The notes beneath the pieces are model-generated. The model was not told the DNA's origin and made no database searches. It saw only the letters and a list, made by a program, of their open reading frames with translations. A program made the translations under genes and the position numbers. Positions 9,101 to 10,661 of a stretch of 10,661 bases of DNA are shown here, piece after piece (the first letter of the stretch is position 1; each line of letters starts with the position of its first letter). The stretch covers positions 1 to 10,661 of the forward strand of contig JAYUVP010000192.1 in the NCBI GenBank assembly GCA_043753995.1, read 5' to 3'. Source of the DNA: Fibrobacterota bacterium. Its GTDB lineage: Bacteria; Fibrobacterota; Fibrobacteria; UBA11236.

Positions 9101-10661
9101 AAAGCAAGCAGGGATTGGGCTGCAAGGTCAAATCCATGTCTTGCAAGGTCCGACCGGATTCCAAGACAAAGGAGATGCGATTGGAGGAAGTGAACCCTGG
9201 TTTGGCGGCTTCAAGCACCCAATTGCCCGCACCCAGGCTCATTTCATAATAGCCTTGATTATCGGTGACGGCATTCACGGCCAAACCCTTGGCGGGAATG
9301 GCTCGAATGGTCGCTTGCGCCAATGCCGTCTTTTGCGGGTTACGTACGCGGCCTGAAACCAAGCTAGCGCCGGGGTCCAAGGCAAGCTGAATTGCCTTAT
9401 CACCGCTCAAGGTCAGAACGGTGGGATTCGCAGCAGAAAAACCCGGCATGGTGGCCAAAATCGAAATGGCCCCAGAAGCGGCGGCGAATCGCGTCGATCC
9501 TTGGCCATCCGTAAACGCGTCGGTGACCGCCCCAGCCTGAGTGATGGATACCTTGGAACCCAGCAAAGGCATTTGCGTATAGTTATTGATTACAGTGACG
9601 GTTAAGGCATGAGGTTGCGCCGTCAAGGCCTCATTCACGGTGGCTTCGGGCGTGGCCGCACCAAGAGTCGCGGAGCGGTTGGCTGGGTTATATCCCGTCG
9701 CGGTAATGGCCAAGTTATAGGTGCCTAATGCCAAGGACAGTTGATAATCGCCTTGGGAATTGCTTTGCGCCGTGGTGATAGTGCCATCCGAAGCCGTCGC
9801 GGTAATTTTTGCGGCTTGCAAACCTTGGCCTTGTGGCGAGGTGATGCGCCCGTAAATACGGCCCGAAGCGGGACTTAAGGCGACAAGGGCCGAGGTCGCT
9901 CCCGGACCCGTATGACGCACAGTATCGATGAGCGGTAAATAGCCCGTCACATTTTCGCAGCGGACTTCGTAGGTTCCCAATACCGCACCGGCTATGTCCA
10001 AAATGCCGGTGGCATCGGTCGATCCGCTTTGATACACCGACGATGCCGCGGATCCAATGCGCGACAGGCGTACGGGTGCATAGGGTATGGCGACCCCAGC
10101 CTTAGATTGCAAGCGCACCTGTAAGGAAGCCACATCGATGGCATAGAAAAAGCTCCACTTCGGAGAAATAGAAGCTGATCCTTGATTGTCTAAGGCATAA
10201 ACTCGCCACTTATACTTGTAACGACGAAGCAGGGCCGTAGCACCGGAGAGACGGGCCTTATCACTGGTGACGGCGGTTTTCCAAATGATGAGATCGGCTT
10301 GACTGCCGGATATCAAATTCTCTTCCAGCAATTCGACCTTATAGCTTGCCGCTTCCGGGACGGGATTCCAACTGAATTCAATAATATCAGGTGCCTTCAA
10401 AGTGTCGCTGTTTTTAGGCGTCTGTAAAACTGGCGACTCCAAGACGGTCAGGGGCGAATAAGTGAAGGATTGCGGCGTCGAGGCAACCTTGGAGGTACCC
10501 GCCGAGGTCCCGGTATAATTATTCAAGACCAACCAGTTATAGGTTTTACCCGCAATCAAGGGCGGGGCCTGAATACCACTTAACCCCGAAGGATCGGCCT
10601 CGCCATAGCGCGCGGAAGTATAAGGCGTTAGCATTTGCCAAATGGCGCTAATGCCGGTGAC
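2760..10661 (-). CDS. Giant secreted/surface multi-beta-sandwich repeat protein with C-terminal FlgD-Ig/T9SS-CTD-like domain; 5'-truncated
   Basis: 2624-aa ORF in the track. The frame stays open upstream of ATG 10634 to the window edge (VTGISAIWQ-MLTP...), and there is no signal peptide at that Met, so the true start lies outside the window. A/G/S/T/L/V-rich with regular ~83-aa repeats. Confidence 0.92.
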   Translation of the reverse strand, partial: VTGISAIWQMLTPYTSARYGEADPSGLSGIQAPPLIAGKTYNWLVLNNYTGTSAGTSKVASTPQSFTYSPLTVLESPVLQTPKNSDTLKAPDIIEFSWNPVPEAASYKVELLEENLISGSQADLIIWKTAVTSDKARLSGATALLRRYKYKWRVYALDNQGSASISPKWSFFYAIDVASLQVRLQSKAGVAIPYAPVRLSRIGSAASSVYQSGSTDATGILDIAGAVLGTYEVRCENVTGYLPLIDTVRHTGPGATSALVALSPASGRIYGRITSPQGQGLQAAKITATASDGTITTAQSNSQGDYQLSLALGTYNLAITATGYNPANRSATLGAATPEATVNEALTAQPHALTVTVINNYTQMPLLGSKVSITQAGAVTDAFTDGQGSTRFAAASGAISILATMPGFSAANPTVLTLSGDKAIQLALDPGASLVSGRVRNPQKTALAQATIRAIPAKGLAVNAVTDNQGYYEMSLGAGNWVLEAAKPGFTSSNRISFVLESGRTLQDMDLTLQPNPCLLSGRVTLSGNGLAGVTLASGAATVLSDGGGYFRMAVAEGSQTVTAAKTGYLFSSPLTVNLGVGDSAVGLVFSASANAGGVAGQARSLGQVVAQALVKIDNTFGGQQSTLAGLDGNFNLALQPGTYRLWAEKEGFKAGDTLSLQVQAGILSGGLNLNLLPYGAKVAGQVRNGTQGLASCILNYAAQPSGTPNGQSQSDVSGNYALQVPPNTALRVSALCDGYQNTSQTLAALANGQELNLKFDLVPAMARVKGQVVNGKGEPIAEVKLDAVNGLAQAQSQSGIDGFFLLDLGAGNWTLKISKAGYASKSRLITVASSQSQNWKDTLTAAVGRLTAKITDGNLGLSGVSLQLSPQDGGTAKSLSTDGDGRAEFGLISAGSYQVTASKPGYAAKSQSLIMTADGAVQVQLALMLSSAKVTGGVTASSKAFSGASVLLTGAGVNRFTVSGIDGGFSLDSLPPGLYRLSAYADGYASGVTFDSLRLGVGENRNALGLTLTALTAGLQGKLIGADNPAGFTLALQGTLGLRRTMDLAADGLYQFNALPVDRYTVLAQEPGWNVLGDIGKSGLDIHSPTKMDITVAAARYALSGTLKDQGGNVLVSAPVMARGGTWTAQVITDAQGLFTFSDAPAGTMVSLGCLTQARLRECADTTISSATTPGMSVKVNLIGLDRRGLLSGSVLQNGKELSGASIRVSGGKNEQTVFSSGDGKWQMTGLAFGSSLRVTLEATGFGRKDTVLSPAIATSVNFPPMELQAIRKTVTVRLRNSQGKALSGVAVAMQLGAVTDTVKTNDQGLADFANRPAYAQGTLRPIVNAEEYDASSLSFRMGEIDTQINLSVLAHRSQITVQVKDNAAKSLDDAQIWLDGKLQGLSRNGTLVISKLPTGNYRVSASKSGYQGDESSALSLSGDTVTTVTLTLTALSEGLTGLIYDSVFATNGTWQKRPMSGLALRMQNAQGNKTLRTDASGRYATGTLAAGNVTLTVNAPGHAALSFSLAYASGLQNHDLKLEAIRGTISGRIIGGEKCGVKAFTSEGEVIGLVEANSEGWYALTGLKANEEVFLSAFSQQKNAMASAPLSMTGSSDKAMGLDLTLIQGGRMQVTVADSRQGRSLSGAALCLWQGNKLLAVTRSDALGLGQFGGLAPGNYDLIASLPGFASDTTVNWPIRSANDTLAITTRLKDNGAILGGRVSDAKGLGLSAIVTLARQGGTSEAMRADDQGRFQFASPQAGRYVLTASFPGFVSATTSLFDYAGDGGYFATLSLKASADSLVVKAFDATTQKAIPGLLWKLETDSGLDSAFSDSLGLVSLFWSQSQDGRLSSISDDYIRISNVAVQRDSLTPGLMSFSLLPDTRLDGSVQVTLRDQGLPVAGAVVEVAPLSGSDNPVLSITGPAANLFTGLREPAEYRITIRRTGFAELKRVVSLTRQAKEAQVHFSYPNSRLRVQVTRDGRISLSAAVSVNGEALQESDTAGLYTLNKRLGASSHTVQVQSGEALRLNPEVMTLSVGEDTVRTDTVALAFTALTLRDTTLESEIPLQVSRLDSLEFHESDACTLFVRAANEAWQKVALKNGRRQFSGVWSPTGKVGAYEAYYQVIKYQGLKTGLESQGQRWNSRRNLAFSNRHLPLTFQLRDPRILHAIQLLPASAQTDTLRYDLKGGDVFVVQLFGEGGLLLNSFADQLHRQPDTAHPLQIAWRFMDTAQARQAGLTLVPSDSTPRLCRFQASSKITNSALGLEVSVKLGAVTMRQAWYVRVEDLTPVALGIRYAKEGLELSEGGAPLILSNQAPQGYRFEAFARTAEGKRFRIRPKWSLGADGAAGTLDQDGLFIPAAGVAREAKLNILDTLLSIDGRRAYSAAGAILTQARLIPADTGVARLGDGEGLELAFPLNGLAKAFTVSIARPQVNPLLRASPSQEVVGDVHEIELSESQPFKSDSGAILRLPVAPGLARLRKVYVGHWNSARLQWERVDSAQADTVAVAKVAGFSKYAIIMGSLPLGAYDLSVAPNPFSPLDPWGLQLHYTLSSEVSSQVGVRIEVYNLIGDKVYSSREVLVSKGEEIKPGLYKANPNSPDRREALGPYVWDGRDDRGVLCRNGRYFLRLIVRDGQSSKEYLRKVVLIQ
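3147..3521 (-). other. ZU5/GAIN-like domain of the giant protein (ORF aa ~2372-2496)
   Basis: GLELAFPLNGL..TVSI, VVGDVHEIEL..QPF, AILRLP, VYVGHWNSARLQWERV and VAVAKVAGFSKYAII follow the ZU5-like pattern (g..l.ip.gal...i.i; ye..p....F..pv.l.lp; y.......W; v.a.v.HFS.Ya). Confidence 0.65.
3525..4529 (-). other. About three non-repeat Ig-like modules, the last Big_2-like (ORF aa ~2036-2370)
   Basis: YRFEAFARTAEGKRFRIRPKWSL...GTLDQDGLFIP resembles bacterial Ig-like group 2 (FtA...d..G....vtWs....GtId..GlF). TLFVRAANEAWQKVAL..FSGVW...YEAYYQV resembles another Ig-like module. Boundaries are approximate. Confidence 0.5.
4560..10133 (-). repeat. About 22 tandem, diverged ~80-88-aa carboxypeptidase-regulatory-like / PEGA-like beta-sandwich repeats (protein level)
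   Basis: Recurring consensus i.G.v....g..l.ga.v........td..G.y....l..G.y.l.a.k.Gy......l.L. Examples: GRIYGRITSPQGQGLQAAKI..SNSQGDYQLSLALGTYNLAITATGY; SLVSGRVRNPQ..TDNQGYYEMSLGAGNWVLEAAKPGF; ILGGRVSDAKG..ADDQGRFQFASPQAGRYVLTASFPGF. Hand count is 22 units over ORF aa ~168-2025. Confidence 0.85.
10140..10661 (-). other. Fibronectin-type-III-like domains (one complete, one partial) preceding the repeats
   Basis: PVLQTPKN...IEFSWNPVPEAASYKVEL...YKWRVYALDNQG...WSF (aa ~66-165) is an FN3-like signature. LIAGKTYNWLV...QSF is the C-terminal half of a preceding similar domain. Confidence 0.65.

Noticed and set aside
304..9356. All plus-strand ORFs in the track, including 6742..7332 (196 aa), 3756..4124 and 6615..6998
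   Set aside because: They lie antisense to well-supported minus-strand genes and show no recognisable motifs; they are typical shadow ORFs.
10632..10634. ATG given by the ORF track as the start of the giant protein
   Set aside because: The frame is open to the window edge, the Met falls mid-domain and no signal peptide follows, so it is an internal Met.
1..10661. CRISPR arrays, tRNA/rRNA genes, IS elements, integrases or phage genes
   Set aside because: The window is almost entirely coding with intergenic gaps of about 100 nt or less. No spaced direct repeats, RNA-gene signatures or recombinase motifs were seen.

Overview
A bacterial window in which every credible gene is on the minus strand. 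In transcription order: (1) a giant, 5'-truncated secreted protein (>2633 aa) with FN3-like domains, about 22 diverged carboxypeptidase-regulatory/PEGA-like beta-sandwich repeats, further Ig-like modules, a ZU5/GAIN-like domain and a C-terminal FlgD-Ig/T9SS-CTD-like domain; (2) a PorV/PorQ-family outer-membrane beta-barrel gene overlapping it by ATGA; (3) a small DUF1360-like membrane protein with CxxC; (4) a small protein starting MSCCGKKR; (5) a ~95-nt intergenic region with competing inverted repeats; (6) a lipoprotein ending in a beta-barrel signal; (7) the N-terminus of a TonB-dependent receptor, missing from the ORF track, that runs off the left edge. The gene content suggests an FCB-group organism, possibly Fibrobacterota-like (inference only). 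The most interesting signal is a putative dedicated 'giant CTD cargo plus cognate PorV-like barrel' surface-display unit whose cargo has a ZU5/GAIN-like domain with HFS changed to GFS. All family calls come from motif recognition by eye; no database searches were run. No RNA genes, CRISPR arrays or mobile elements were seen.
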